The notes beneath the pieces were generated by a model that did not search any database, had not been told where the DNA came from, and saw nothing but the letters and a program-made list of their open reading frames with translations. A DNA stretch of 64,000 nucleotides from an uncultured Actinomycetes bacterium. Lineage in GTDB: Bacteria; Actinomycetota; UBA4738; HRBIN12. The stretch lies in assembly GCA_963704725.1 (NCBI GenBank), contig OY969934.1, positions 1,728,001-1,792,000 of the forward strand, given 5' to 3'. How positions within the stretch are numbered: position 1 is the stretch's first letter; each line of letters opens with the position of its first letter. The position numbers and the translations under genes are program-made. Of the stretch, positions 16,766 through 26,966 are shown one piece after another.

Positions 16766-18076
16766 ATGCCTGAGACCATCCAGAGGGGATTCGACGAAGC
16801 GGCGCTCGCCTCGCTCCCGCCGACCGCGCCGTTCGTCGAGACCCTGCGCAAGCAGGCCTTCGAGCAGTTCCTGGCCCTTCCGATCCCCTCGCAGGAGACC
16901 GAGGAGTGGCGGTACACCGACCTGGAGGACCTCGATCTCGACCTCCGACCGTTCGCGGAGGGCGGCGGTCCCGAGGGGATGACCGCGCACGGCGTGCTCG
17001 CCGCCGCCGCCGTCGTCGGTGAGCGGGCCGGCCTCCAGGTCCAGCGGAACTCGGAGGTCATCTCCACGCGGCTGGTCGAGGGGCTGGCCGAGCGGGGCGT
17101 GTGGTTCGGAGACCTCGATCGCGCCGTCCAGGAGCGGCCGGACCTCGTGGAGCCGTACCTCCACGGGCTGGTGGCGACGGATCGCTCGAAGTTCACGGCC
17201 CTCCACGCGGCCTTCCGCGCCGGTGGCACGTTCCTGTACGTCCCGGCCGACGTCCGCATCGCGCTCCCCGTCCAGACGCTGACCTACGTGGACGTGGACG
17301 GGGCGGCCGTGTTCCCCCACACGCTCGTCGTCGCGGAGCGGGGCTCCGAGGTCACGTTCATCGACCGGTACGCCTCGCCGGCGCTCGAGCGGACCCTCTC
17401 CTCGGCCGTCGCCGAGATCTACGCGAACGACGGCGCGCGCGTGCGGTACGTGGCGCTCCAGGAGTTCGGGGAGGGCGTGACGCATCTCGCCGTCCAGCGC
17501 GCCCGCGTCGGCCGCGACGCCGCCCTGCGAACGCTCGGCGTGGCGTTCGGGGCGACGATGGCCCGCGCGGAGGTCGAGACGGTCTTGGACGGGGACGGGG
17601 GCTCGAGCGAGATGCTCGGTGTCTACTTCGGCGACGGCGACCAGCACATCGACCACCGCTCGATCCAGGACCACGTCGGATCGCGGACCTCGAGCGACCT
17701 GCTCTACAAGGGCGCGATGCGCGACAGCTCGAACGCGATCTACACGGGGACCGTGATCATCGAGCAGGGCGCGCACCAGTGCAACGCGTACCAGACCAAC
17801 CGCAACATCCTGCTGTCGGAGTCTTCGCGGGCCCATTCGGTCCCGAACCTGGAGATCCTCACGAACGACCCCACCCGCTGCGGCCACGCCGCCAGCGTGG
17901 GCCCGGTCGGCGACGACGAGCTCTTCTACCTCATGAGCCGGGGGATCCCGGAGAAGGAGGCCGAGCGCCTCATCGTGTTCGGCTTCTTCCAGGAGGTGCT
18001 GGACCGGGTGGAGATCCCCGAGATCCGCGACGGGCTGGTCGCCGCGATCGAGGCCGAGCTGGCGAAGGGGTTCTGA
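16766..18076 (+). CDS. sufD: Fe-S cluster assembly protein SufD
   Basis: EEWRYTD, LYKG, AYQTNRN, PNLEI...[16 protein letters not shown]. Confidence 0.95.
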   Translation: MPETIQRGFDEAALASLPPTAPFVETLRKQAFEQFLALPIPSQETEEWRYTDLEDLDLDLRPFAEGGGPEGMTAHGVLAAAAVVGERAGLQVQRNSEVISTRLVEGLAERGVWFGDLDRAVQERPDLVEPYLHGLVATDRSKFTALHAAFRAGGTFLYVPADVRIALPVQTLTYVDVDGAAVFPHTLVVAERGSEVTFIDRYASPALERTLSSAVAEIYANDGARVRYVALQEFGEGVTHLAVQRARVGRDAALRTLGVAFGATMARAEVETVLDGDGGSSEMLGVYFGDGDQHIDHRSIQDHVGSRTSSDLLYKGAMRDSSNAIYTGTVIIEQGAHQCNAYQTNRNILLSESSRAHSVPNLEILTNDPTRCGHAASVGPVGDDELFYLMSRGIPEKEAERLIVFGFFQEVLDRVEIPEIRDGLVAAIEAELAKGF

Positions 18077-18078
18077 CG

Positions 18079-18393
18079 ATGGCGCTCGTTCGGATCTGCG
18101 GGGTCGGCGACGTGCCGGAGGGCGAGGTCCGCCGGTTCGAGCTCGACCACCGGCCGTTCGCCGTGGTGAACCTTGGCGAGGAGGGGTTCCGGGCGGTCGA
18201 CGCGATCTGCTCGCACGCGCACTACTTCCTGGACGAGGGCGACGTGGACGTGGACTTCGAGACGGTCGAGTGCCCGAAGCACGGCTCGACGTTCGACCTC
18301 AACACGGGCAAGCCGCGGACCCTGCCGGCCACGCAGCCGGTCGAGGTGTTCGCGGTGAAGGTGGAGAACGACGACGTGATGATCGAGGTGTGA
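18079..18393 (+). CDS. Rieske-type ferredoxin of the suf operon
   Basis: CSH...ECPKHGSTFDL. Confidence 0.92.
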   Translation: MALVRICGVGDVPEGEVRRFELDHRPFAVVNLGEEGFRAVDAICSHAHYFLDEGDVDVDFETVECPKHGSTFDLNTGKPRTLPATQPVEVFAVKVENDDVMIEV

Positions 18394-18398
18394 GGACG

Positions 18399-19178
18399 AT
18401 GACCGAACCGGTGACGCTGGAGATCCGGGGCCTGGAGGCCTCGGTGGAGGACAAGCCGATCCTGAAGGGGATCGACCTGGTCGTGAAGCAGGGCGAGACC
18501 CACGCCCTGATGGGGCCGAACGGGTCGGGCAAGTCGACGCTCGCCAACGTCCTCATGGGGCGGCCCGGATACCGGCTCACGGCCGGACAGGTCCTGTTCA
18601 AGGGCGAGGACATCACCAAGCTCACGGCCGACAAGCGAGCGGAGCGAGGGCTGTTCCTGGCGATGCAGTACCCGGTCGAGATCCCCGGCGTCTCGGTCGT
18701 GAACTTCCTTCGGACGGCGTACAAGAACGTCAAGGGTGAGGAGATCAGCGCCCTGGCCTTCCGCAAGCACATGAAGGAGAAGATGAACCTGCTCGGGGTC
18801 GAAGACGCCATGGTCCAGCGATACGTGAACCAGGGCTTCTCCGGCGGCGAGAAGAAGAAGAACGAGGTCCTGCAGCTCGCGGTGCTCGAGCCCGAGATCG
18901 CGGTGCTCGACGAGACGGACTCCGGTCTGGACATCGACTCGCTGAAGGCGGTGGCGACCGGGATCGCCCAGCTGATCGGCCCCAACCTCGGCGTGTTGCT
19001 CATCACGCACTACCAGCGCATCCTCGACTACATCACGCCCGACTTCGTTCACGTGATGGTGGATGGACGTATCGTGAAGTCGGGCGGCAAGGAGCTCGCA
19101 CACGAGCTCGAGGACAAGGGCTACGAGGGCCTGCGCAAGGAGCTCGGCCTCGAGGATGCCGCGGCGGCGACCACGTGA
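18399..19178 (+). CDS. sufC: Fe-S cluster assembly ATPase SufC
   Basis: GPNGSGKST, FSGGEKK, LDETDSGLD, ITHYQR. Confidence 0.97.
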   Translation: MTEPVTLEIRGLEASVEDKPILKGIDLVVKQGETHALMGPNGSGKSTLANVLMGRPGYRLTAGQVLFKGEDITKLTADKRAERGLFLAMQYPVEIPGVSVVNFLRTAYKNVKGEEISALAFRKHMKEKMNLLGVEDAMVQRYVNQGFSGGEKKKNEVLQLAVLEPEIAVLDETDSGLDIDSLKAVATGIAQLIGPNLGVLLITHYQRILDYITPDFVHVMVDGRIVKSGGKELAHELEDKGYEGLRKELGLEDAAAATT

Positions 19179-19197
19179 TCGGGGAGGGGAGGGTGCG

Positions 19198-20451
19198 ATG
19201 TCGGTGACCGAAGAGCGGTCCGCGGGCCGTCTGGACGTCGCCCGGGTCCGGGCGGACTTCCCGATCCTGGAGCGGGTCATCAACGGCAAGCCGCTCGTCT
19301 ACCTGGACTCCGCCGCGACCTCGCAGAAGCCGGCCGCCGTGATCGACGCCGAGGCCGACTTCTACCGGAACCACAACGCCAACGCGCACCGCGGCATCTA
19401 CGCGCTCGCGGAGGAGGCGACCACGCTGTACGAGGACGCCAGGGCTTCGCTGGCCCGGTTCGTCGGCGCCCCACAGCCGGAGACGATCGTGTTCACGCGC
19501 GGGACGACCGAGTCCACCAACCTCGTCGCGTACGCCTGGGCCAGGCGGTTCCTGTCCGAGGGCGACGAGATCCTCCTCACCGACATGGAGCACCATTCCA
19601 ACATCGTGCCGTGGCAGCTCGCGGCGCGGACCACCGGCGCCGAGCTGCGGTACCTGCCCCTGACCGACGAGGGCCTGCTCGACCTGTCCGAGCTCGGCTC
19701 GCTGCTCACCGAGCGCACCAAGCTCCTGGCCGTCACGGGGATGTCCAACTCGCTGGGGACGCTGCCGCCGCTCCGCGAGCTCGTGGAGGCGGCGCACGCC
19801 GTGGGGGCGCTCGTCCTGGTGGACGGGGCGCAGCTCGTCCCACACGTGCCGGTGGACGTCACGGCGCTCGACTGCGACTTCCTCACGATCAGCGGACACA
19901 AGATGCTGGGCCCCACCGGGTCGGGCGGCCTGTACGGCAAGCTCGAGCACCTCGAGGCCATGGACCCGTTCATCTCGGGCGGCCACATGATCGACGAGGT
20001 CTTCCACGACCGCTCGACGTGGAACACGGTCCCGTTCAAGTTCGAGGGCGGCACGATGAACATCGCGCAGGAGGCTGCGCTCGGGACCGCGATCACGTAT
20101 CTGGAGAGCCTCGGGATGGACGCCGTTCGCGAGCACGAGGAGGAGATCACGTCATACGCGATCGACCGCCTCCTCGACGTCGGCGCGACCGTGTACGGAC
20201 CCAAGGACGTGAGCGTGCGCGGCGGCGCGGTCTCGTTCTGGTACAAGGACGTGCACCCCCACGACCTCGCGACGATCCTCAACGAGGAAGGGGTCGCGAT
20301 CCGTGCGGGGCACCACTGCAACCAGCTCGTCATGCGCCGGTTCGGGGTGCCGGCGACGGCGCGCGCGAGCTTCTACGTGTACAACACCAGGGACGAGGTC
20401 GACGCGCTCATCGAGGCCCTGGCCAAGGCCGAGAGCGTGTTCGGGTTCTGA
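19198..20451 (+). CDS. sufS: Cysteine desulfurase SufS
   Basis: YLDSAATSQKP, EHHSN, SGHKMLGPTG, RAGHHC. Confidence 0.97.
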   Translation: MSVTEERSAGRLDVARVRADFPILERVINGKPLVYLDSAATSQKPAAVIDAEADFYRNHNANAHRGIYALAEEATTLYEDARASLARFVGAPQPETIVFTRGTTESTNLVAYAWARRFLSEGDEILLTDMEHHSNIVPWQLAARTTGAELRYLPLTDEGLLDLSELGSLLTERTKLLAVTGMSNSLGTLPPLRELVEAAHAVGALVLVDGAQLVPHVPVDVTALDCDFLTISGHKMLGPTGSGGLYGKLEHLEAMDPFISGGHMIDEVFHDRSTWNTVPFKFEGGTMNIAQEAALGTAITYLESLGMDAVREHEEEITSYAIDRLLDVGATVYGPKDVSVRGGAVSFWYKDVHPHDLATILNEEGVAIRAGHHCNQLVMRRFGVPATARASFYVYNTRDEVDALIEALAKAESVFGF

Positions 20452-20468
20452 CGGGGAGCTGAGGGGAC

Positions 20469-20918
20469 GTGGCGCTCGACGAGATCTACAAGGAGGTCAT
20501 CCTCGACCACTACAAGAACCCCCGGAACAAGCGGGAGATGCCCGACGCGGAGCTGACCTGCTCCAAGAACAACCCGCTGTGCGGCGACGAGATCACGGTC
20601 TTCGTCCACCGGGAGGACGGCAAGGTGCTCGAGGTCTCGTTCGTCGGCCAGGGATGCTCGATCAGCCAGTCCTCGGCGTCGATGATGACCGAGGCCGTGA
20701 GCGGCAGGACCGTCGAGGAGGTCGACGCGCTGGCCGGGAGCGTCCGCGCCATGCTCTCCGGAGAGCTCGAGCCCGACGAGGACGCCTTCGGCGAGCTCGT
20801 CGCGCTCAAGGGCGTGGTGAAGTACCCCGTCCGCGTGAAGTGCGCCGTGCTGGCGTGGGACGTGCTCCAGGAGGCCCTCGCCGGCGAGGGCTCGAGCAGC
20901 GGGAGCTCTCCTCACTAG
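20469..20918 (+). CDS. sufU: SUF sulfur-transfer protein SufU
   Basis: ILDHYKNPRN, NPLCGD, GCSISQSSAS, RVKCA. Confidence 0.95.
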   Translation: MALDEIYKEVILDHYKNPRNKREMPDAELTCSKNNPLCGDEITVFVHREDGKVLEVSFVGQGCSISQSSASMMTEAVSGRTVEEVDALAGSVRAMLSGELEPDEDAFGELVALKGVVKYPVRVKCAVLAWDVLQEALAGEGSSSGSSPH

Positions 20919-21659
20919 TTAGCTACGCCGGATCCCCACGAAGCCCTCGGATCCGACGGGCCACCACTCCGCCGGGAGCGGGATCGACGCAGCCTCGAAC
21001 CCGGCCCGGCGCAGGAGCTCGAGCCAGGCCGCTCGCGGGAAGAGTCCGCACACGTGCCGGTCGTGCTCCACCCGCACGGACCCGTCGAGCTCCCGCAGGA
21101 CGTAGACGAGGTCCATCAGGTGCGTCTCGTCACCCGGATCGGGATCCCACGTCCAGTCGAGGTAGCGCATCGCCCGGTCCGGCCCGTCCTGGCCGCCGTG
21201 GTCGGTCCCCGGGACGAAGGTCTCGAGGATCCAGTCCGGGACGAAGAGCGCGGCGCCGCCCGGGCGGCAGTGTTCGTGCGCCGTGATGAAGACGTCGAAC
21301 AGGTCGTCCCGGCTCGTGATGTAGGCGATCGCGTCGTGCACGAACACCGCGTCGAACGTCCGGCCGAGGCGGACCGTGCGCATGTCGCCCTGCAGGTGCT
21401 CACACTCGGGGTTGAGACGGCGACTCACGGCGAGCATCTGCGGCGAGCGGTCGACGAGGGTCAGCCGGAACCGGCGCTTGAGATGGGAGGCGTTGTTGCC
21501 GCCGCCCGATCCGAGCTCGAGCACGCGCTCGACCGGCCCATCCACGCTCTCCTCGAGGACGCGGCGGTATCGCTCCGCATCGTCGGCGTAGTCCTGCGGG
21601 GCGGACAGCAGCGGCCACCACTCGGCGAGCTCTTCGTACAGCTTCGGTCCGGATCCCAT
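20919..21659 (-). CDS. Class I SAM-dependent methyltransferase
   Basis: VLELGSGGG, GDMR, FDAVFVHDAI. Confidence 0.9.
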   Translation of the reverse strand: MGSGPKLYEELAEWWPLLSAPQDYADDAERYRRVLEESVDGPVERVLELGSGGGNNASHLKRRFRLTLVDRSPQMLAVSRRLNPECEHLQGDMRTVRLGRTFDAVFVHDAIAYITSRDDLFDVFITAHEHCRPGGAALFVPDWILETFVPGTDHGGQDGPDRAMRYLDWTWDPDPGDETHLMDLVYVLRELDGSVRVEHDRHVCGLFPRAAWLELLRRAGFEAASIPLPAEWWPVGSEGFVGIRRS

Positions 21660-21717
21660 CCCGACAGCCTAGAGGGCTCCGTCGCATGGGGGGCGGGAGG
21701 CTCTACGCTTCGGGGCC

Positions 21718-22779
21718 GTGCCGAAGATCAAGCCGTCGCTCGACTGGCTCCTCGCGCTCGTCCCCGCCTCGATCGCGCTCCGGGCGGCGGGCGGCAGCGA
21801 TCTCCTGATCTTCGCCATGTCCGCCGGAGCGATCGTGCCGCTCGCGGGGCTGATCGGTCGGTCGACGGAGCAGCTTGCGCTGCATACCGGCCCGCGGATC
21901 GGCGGCCTCGTCAACGCCACGTTCGGCAACGTGACGGAGCTGATCATCTCCATCTTCCTGATCCTGGACGACGAGATCGAGATCGTGAAGGCCTCGCTCA
22001 CCGGCTCGATCCTGGGCAACCTCCTCCTCGTCCTGGGGGCGTCGTTCCTCGCCGGCGGGATCAAGCACGAGGAGCAGACGTACAACGCGCGGGCGGCGAC
22101 CGTCCACGCCACGTCCCTGGTGCTGGCGGTCACGGGCCTGCTCATGCCGGCGCTGTTCGCGCACGGGACCGGGGGGGACACACCCCTGCAACGCGAGGTC
22201 GTGAGCGGGACCGTGGCCGCCGTCCTCATCGCGCTCTACGTCGCGGCGCTCGCGTTCATGCTCGTCACGCACGAGCACCTGTTCCGGACGCCCGCGGCCG
22301 GCGAGCGGCCGAGCTGGTCCCGGGGCCGGGCGGTGGGGATGCTGCTGCTGGCGACCGCGCTCGTCGCGCTCGAGTCCGAGCTGCTCGTCGGCTCGTTGGA
22401 GCCCGCGCTCGAGGACCTGGGGCTGTCGAACCTCTTCGTCGGCCTGATCCTGATCCCGATCATCGGCAACGCGGCGGAGCACAGCTCGGCGGTACGCTTC
22501 GCGTTGCAGGACCAGCTGGACGTCACGCTCGAGATCGCGATCGGATCCTCCACCCAGATCGCCCTGTTCGTTGCGCCGGCGCTGGTCTTCGTCAGCCTGG
22601 CCGTCGGCCACCCCATGGACTTCGTGTTCAGCACCTTCGAGGTCGCCGCGGTGGCCCTGTCCACGGTGCTGGTGTTCATGATCTCGAGCGACGGGCGCTC
22701 CAACTGGCTCGAGGGCGCCCAGCTCACCGGCGCGTACGTCATCATGGCCATCTCGTTCTTCTTCGTGGAGGCTCTGTGA
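21718..22779 (+). CDS. Ca2+/H+ antiporter (CAX family)
   Basis: NATFGNVTE, GSILGNLL, GNAAEH, GSSTQIALFV, SNWLEG. Confidence 0.93.
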   Translation: MPKIKPSLDWLLALVPASIALRAAGGSDLLIFAMSAGAIVPLAGLIGRSTEQLALHTGPRIGGLVNATFGNVTELIISIFLILDDEIEIVKASLTGSILGNLLLVLGASFLAGGIKHEEQTYNARAATVHATSLVLAVTGLLMPALFAHGTGGDTPLQREVVSGTVAAVLIALYVAALAFMLVTHEHLFRTPAAGERPSWSRGRAVGMLLLATALVALESELLVGSLEPALEDLGLSNLFVGLILIPIIGNAAEHSSAVRFALQDQLDVTLEIAIGSSTQIALFVAPALVFVSLAVGHPMDFVFSTFEVAAVALSTVLVFMISSDGRSNWLEGAQLTGAYVIMAISFFFVEAL

Positions 22780-24587
22780 AGCGGTCACTCTCGATCGCCG
22801 GGCTGCTCGTCGTGGCGGGTCTCGCGCTGGTCCGAGCGGCACCCGCGCGAGCCCAGGGGTTCACGCCGGAGTCGACGCCGACGTTCGACGTCCGGATCGT
22901 GATCGAGCCGAGCGGCACGCTCCAGATCACCGAGACGATCGTCCAGGACTTCGGTGACACACCCCGCCACGGGATCTACCGGTACATCCCCGACCGGCTG
23001 CGGTACGACGACCGGTACGATCGCGTGTACCCCATCGAGCTGGTCTCGGTGACGACGTCCCCGAACACTCCCGACGACGTCGAGACGAGCGAGGAGAACG
23101 GGAGCTTCGTCGTCCGCATCGGCGATCCCGACACCACGATCCGCGGCGAGCACACGTACACGATCGTCTACCGGGTCGAGGGGGCGATGAACCGGTTCGC
23201 CGATCACGACGAGCTCTACTGGAACGCGATCAGCGACCAGTGGGAGCAGCCGATCGGGCGGATGCGCGTCCGGGTGGAAGGGCCGGCCCCCATCGCGCGC
23301 CTCGCGTGCTTCGAGGGCCCGTTCGGGTCCACGTTCTCGTGTACGCGGGCCGAGATCAAGGGTGGCGACGGCGTGTTCGTCCAGGAGGAGCTCGGGGCGT
23401 TTACGGCGATGTCCGTGGTGGTCGCGCTCCCGCCGGGGACCGTGGCGAACACCGCCCCCGTCCTGGACGAGCGGTGGAGCTTCGACCGAGCGTTCGAGCG
23501 GACGCCGCTCACGGTGGGGGGTGCCGCCGGGCTCCTCGTGATCGTCGTGGCCGGGTTCGCGAGGCTCGTGTGGCGGCGGGGCCGGGACGTCCGGTACGCG
23601 GGCTCGCAGGTGGACCAGGTGATGGGCGCGCCGAAAGGGACCCCCACGCAGGCGGTTCGGCTCTTCGAGAGGGGGGAGGGGCCGGTGGAGTTCGCGCCGC
23701 CGGAGCATCTCCGGCCCGGCGAGGTCGGCACGCTGATCGACGAGGAGGCCAACACCCTCGACGTGACCTCGACCATCGTCGATCTCGCGGTGCGCGGGTT
23801 CCTGGTGATCGAGGAGATCCCCAAGACGTGGTTCCTGGGCAAGCCCGACTGGAAGCTCACCCGGCTGCCCGCCGACGAGGAACAGCTCCTGCCGTACGAG
23901 CGAAAGCTCCTGGACGGGCTGTTCGAGAGCGGAGCCGAGGTGGAGCTCTCAGATCTGCGGAAGAAGTTCGCGGAGCGGCTGCAGAAGGTGAAGGACGCCC
24001 TGTACACGGACGTCGTCGGCAAGGGGTGGTTCCTGCGGCGGCCCGACAAGGTTCGCCAGATGTGGACGGGCATCGGCGTGGCGGCGCTCGTGGTCGCGAT
24101 CGGGGCGCTGATCGCGCTGGCCGCGCTCACGCACGACGGCCTGTTGGGCGTGCCCCTCGTGATCGGCGGGATCCTGCTGATGGCCGGGGCGAAGCGGATG
24201 CCGCGACGGACGGCGAAGGGGACGGCCATGACGCGGCGGGTGAACGGGTTCCGCCGCGTGATCGAGACCGCCGAGGAGCACACCGCGAAGTGGGCCGAGC
24301 AGGAGCACGTGTTCACGCGCTTCCTGCCGTACGCGATCGTGTTCGGCGTCACGGACCGGTGGGCCAGGACCTTCGAGGCGCTCGGCGAGCTGCCGTCGGA
24401 CGACTTCAGCTGGTACGTGAGCACGCGACCGTTCGTCGTCGCCGAGTTCGCCCACAGCCTGGACTCGTTCTCCGTGACCACGAGCGGCATCATCTCGTCG
24501 ACGCCGTCCGGCTCGGGCGGGAGCGGGTTCGGGGGCGGCGGGTTCTCGGGCGGGGGCGGAGGCGGCGGGGGCGGAGGCTCCTGGTAG
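22776..24587 (+). CDS. DUF2207 membrane protein
   Basis: Signal peptide, HGIYR, ELYWN, LPYAIVFG, Gly-rich GGGGGGSW end; GTGA overlap. Confidence 0.9.
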   Translation: MKRSLSIAGLLVVAGLALVRAAPARAQGFTPESTPTFDVRIVIEPSGTLQITETIVQDFGDTPRHGIYRYIPDRLRYDDRYDRVYPIELVSVTTSPNTPDDVETSEENGSFVVRIGDPDTTIRGEHTYTIVYRVEGAMNRFADHDELYWNAISDQWEQPIGRMRVRVEGPAPIARLACFEGPFGSTFSCTRAEIKGGDGVFVQEELGAFTAMSVVVALPPGTVANTAPVLDERWSFDRAFERTPLTVGGAAGLLVIVVAGFARLVWRRGRDVRYAGSQVDQVMGAPKGTPTQAVRLFERGEGPVEFAPPEHLRPGEVGTLIDEEANTLDVTSTIVDLAVRGFLVIEEIPKTWFLGKPDWKLTRLPADEEQLLPYERKLLDGLFESGAEVELSDLRKKFAERLQKVKDALYTDVVGKGWFLRRPDKVRQMWTGIGVAALVVAIGALIALAALTHDGLLGVPLVIGGILLMAGAKRMPRRTAKGTAMTRRVNGFRRVIETAEEHTAKWAEQEHVFTRFLPYAIVFGVTDRWARTFEALGELPSDDFSWYVSTRPFVVAEFAHSLDSFSVTTSGIISSTPSGSGGSGFGGGGFSGGGGGGGGGGSW

Positions 24588-24628
24588 GGTCGGGAACACC
24601 TTCCGGCGCAGGCCCGTTCGGATCGACC

Positions 24629-25633
24629 GTGGACATCGTCTTCTCCGAGGATCCTCAAGACTTCGCCCGGCGCGACTGGTCGACGCTCGTGACGGCGGAT
24701 CCCTCCGGCACGTTCTTCCACACGCCGCAGTACCTCAAGCTGTACTGGGAGGAGTTCGGCGCCAGGCCCGAGCACCTGCTGCTCGCGTTCGCGGAGGAGG
24801 ACGGCGCGCAGGTGGGCGCCGTGGCGTTCGAGCGGATCGGGACGACGCTGCGCTTCCTCGGTGGGACGGAGGTCACGGACTACCTCGGGCCGGTGGCGTT
24901 GCCGGAGACCCAGCCGGCCGTGGCCAAGGAGCTGTTCGCCGCGCTGGACCGGGTCGACGGGTGGACGGACGCCGATCTGCGCGGGCTCCCGGCGGATCGA
25001 CCGTGGTTGGAGCTGCTGGCGGGGTCGGCGCAGGCGGCGGGGCTGACCGTCGAGATCGAGGACGAGCCGAACGGCGTGGCCCCGTTCCTGGCCACCCCCG
25101 GGTCCTACGACGAGTACCTGGAGCAGCTCCCGGCCAAGCTGCGCCATGAGATCAAGCGGAAGGCGCGCAAGCTCGAGGTCGAGGCCGGCCCTTGGCACAT
25201 CTGCCTGGCCACGCAGGACACGCTGGAGGAGTTCCTCGACCGCTTCGTCGAGCTGCATCGCTCGAGCGACGGGCCCAAGGGGGTGTTCCTGCAACCGGGG
25301 ATGGAGATCTTCTTCCGGCGCCTCGGCGAGGCGTTCCTGCCGCGGGGCATCTTCAACCTCACGTTCATCGAGCTCGACGGCCATCGCAAGCTGGCCGGGA
25401 CGATCGGCTTCCGGTTCGAGGGCACGTACTCGCTGTACAACTCGGCCTTCGACCGCGCCTATCAGGCGGTGTCTCCGGGGATGGTGCTCGTGGCCGAGGA
25501 CATCAGGATCGCCATCGAGGCGGGGTGCTCGGCGTTCGACCTGCTCAAGGGGGACTACGCGTACAAATACCGGTTCGGCGCGGTGCCCCGGGTGATCAAG
25601 CGGCTGGCCGTGCGGAGGTCGTCGAGCTCCTGA
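24629..25633 (+). CDS. GNAT-family acetyltransferase (CelD/BcsL-like)
   Basis: TFFHTP, TDYLG, YNSAFD...SPG...FDLLKGDYAYKYRFG. Confidence 0.88.
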   Translation: MDIVFSEDPQDFARRDWSTLVTADPSGTFFHTPQYLKLYWEEFGARPEHLLLAFAEEDGAQVGAVAFERIGTTLRFLGGTEVTDYLGPVALPETQPAVAKELFAALDRVDGWTDADLRGLPADRPWLELLAGSAQAAGLTVEIEDEPNGVAPFLATPGSYDEYLEQLPAKLRHEIKRKARKLEVEAGPWHICLATQDTLEEFLDRFVELHRSSDGPKGVFLQPGMEIFFRRLGEAFLPRGIFNLTFIELDGHRKLAGTIGFRFEGTYSLYNSAFDRAYQAVSPGMVLVAEDIRIAIEAGCSAFDLLKGDYAYKYRFGAVPRVIKRLAVRRSSSS

Positions 25634-25639
25634 CGATGC

Positions 25640-26347
25640 TCAGGTCCGCACGACGTCGGCGCTCGCGATCAGCCCCTCGTCGTCCCAGACGTTGACACGT
25701 TCGAAGCGCGTCAGGTCCGACGACGTCACCAGCCACGTCGACGCCTCGCCGCCGGTCCCGAAGTCCATCTCGTGCAGGTCGATGGTCTGCTCGCCGCCGA
25801 GCAGCGTGACGTTCGCGGTGCCGTCCAGGCCCGGCGCGCGGACCAGGACGAGCACCCACGACTGCCCCACCTTCGAGTCGTAGATCACAACGCTGCCCTG
25901 CAGCTCCTGCGAGCCGGCTGCCCGCAGCTCGCCGACCCGGACGTCCTCGCCCCCCAGGACGCCGAGGAGGGTGTCGTACTTCTCCGCCCGCTCCGAAAGG
26001 TGCGAGGCGCGCACGGTGGCGAATCCACCCCAGGCGAGCGCGGTGAGGATGGCCGCGGCGGCCGCGACGCGAGGCACCCACCGGGACCGGCTCCGGGTGG
26101 TCAGGATGACGGGAGCCTCGGCCCACTCCTCCTGCAGCGCCCCGAGGACGCGGTCCCTGAGCTCCGGCGGGGGCTCGACGTCGTGGGCCGCGGTGGCGAA
26201 CGTGCTCACGCCCTCGGCCAGGGCCGCCATCTCGGCGCGGCACGATGCGCACCCCCGCAGGTGCATCCGCACCTCGGCGTCGTCGTCGGCGCTCAGCCCT
26301 CCGAGGAGATGCTCAGCGAGCTGCTCGCGAACATGCTCACACGTCAC
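25640..26347 (-). CDS. Anti-sigma factor (zf-HC2, RskA-like)
   Basis: HLRGCASC, PPPELRDRVL, one TM segment; downstream of ECF sigma. Confidence 0.88.
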   Translation of the reverse strand: MTCEHVREQLAEHLLGGLSADDDAEVRMHLRGCASCRAEMAALAEGVSTFATAAHDVEPPPELRDRVLGALQEEWAEAPVILTTRSRSRWVPRVAAAAAILTALAWGGFATVRASHLSERAEKYDTLLGVLGGEDVRVGELRAAGSQELQGSVVIYDSKVGQSWVLVLVRAPGLDGTANVTLLGGEQTIDLHEMDFGTGGEASTWLVTSSDLTRFERVNVWDDEGLIASADVVRT

Positions 26348-26915
26348 GGGTGTGCTCCTGGAGTGCCTCGCGGAGCCTCAACAGTGCCGTCCGTATGCGT
26401 GTCTTCGCCGTCCCGAGGGGGATGCCCTCGAGCTCGGCCACCTCCGCGCTCGTCTTGCCTCCGAAGTAGGCGAGCTCGAGCGCCGCTCGCTGGCCGTCCG
26501 TGAGGGCGGCCATCGCATGGCGAGCCCGGTCGGTCAGGTCGGCGGTCTCGGCGAGATGATCCGGCCCCGGCTCGTCCGACGCCTCCCGCGGGGGGGCCGT
26601 GCGTTCGAGCACGCGGGCCTCGAGCACCCGGCGCCGCAGCGAGTCGATGGCCAGGCTCCGGGCGACCAGGAGCACCCACGTCTCGAGCTTGCCCCGGGTG
26701 GGGTCGTAGCGCTGCGCGTTGCGCCAGAGCTTCACGAAGGTGTCCTGAACCAGGTCCTGCGCGGCGGCGTCTCCGCCGAGCATCACGATCCCGAGCCCGT
26801 ACACGCGCGAGGCGAAGCGGTCGTAGAGCTCTCCGGCCGCGTCCGGCTCGCGCTCGGAGAAGGCTCGCATGAGCGCAGCATCAGAGCTGGGTTCCTTCTC
26901 ACGCACGGTCAGCAC
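26337..26915 (-). CDS. ECF RNA polymerase sigma factor (SigK-like)
   Basis: DLVQDTFVKLW, LELAYFGG, IPLGTAKTRIR. Confidence 0.93.
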   Translation of the reverse strand: MLTVREKEPSSDAALMRAFSEREPDAAGELYDRFASRVYGLGIVMLGGDAAAQDLVQDTFVKLWRNAQRYDPTRGKLETWVLLVARSLAIDSLRRRVLEARVLERTAPPREASDEPGPDHLAETADLTDRARHAMAALTDGQRAALELAYFGGKTSAEVAELEGIPLGTAKTRIRTALLRLREALQEHTRDV

Positions 26916-26966
26916 GGTATCGCAGGGGACTACGCTCGAGCAGCCCCCCCGGTTCGGCCGCGAGGG

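Noticed and set aside
24505-24587. GGC-rich low-complexity repeat
   Set aside because: Encodes the normal Gly-rich tail of DUF2207 proteins
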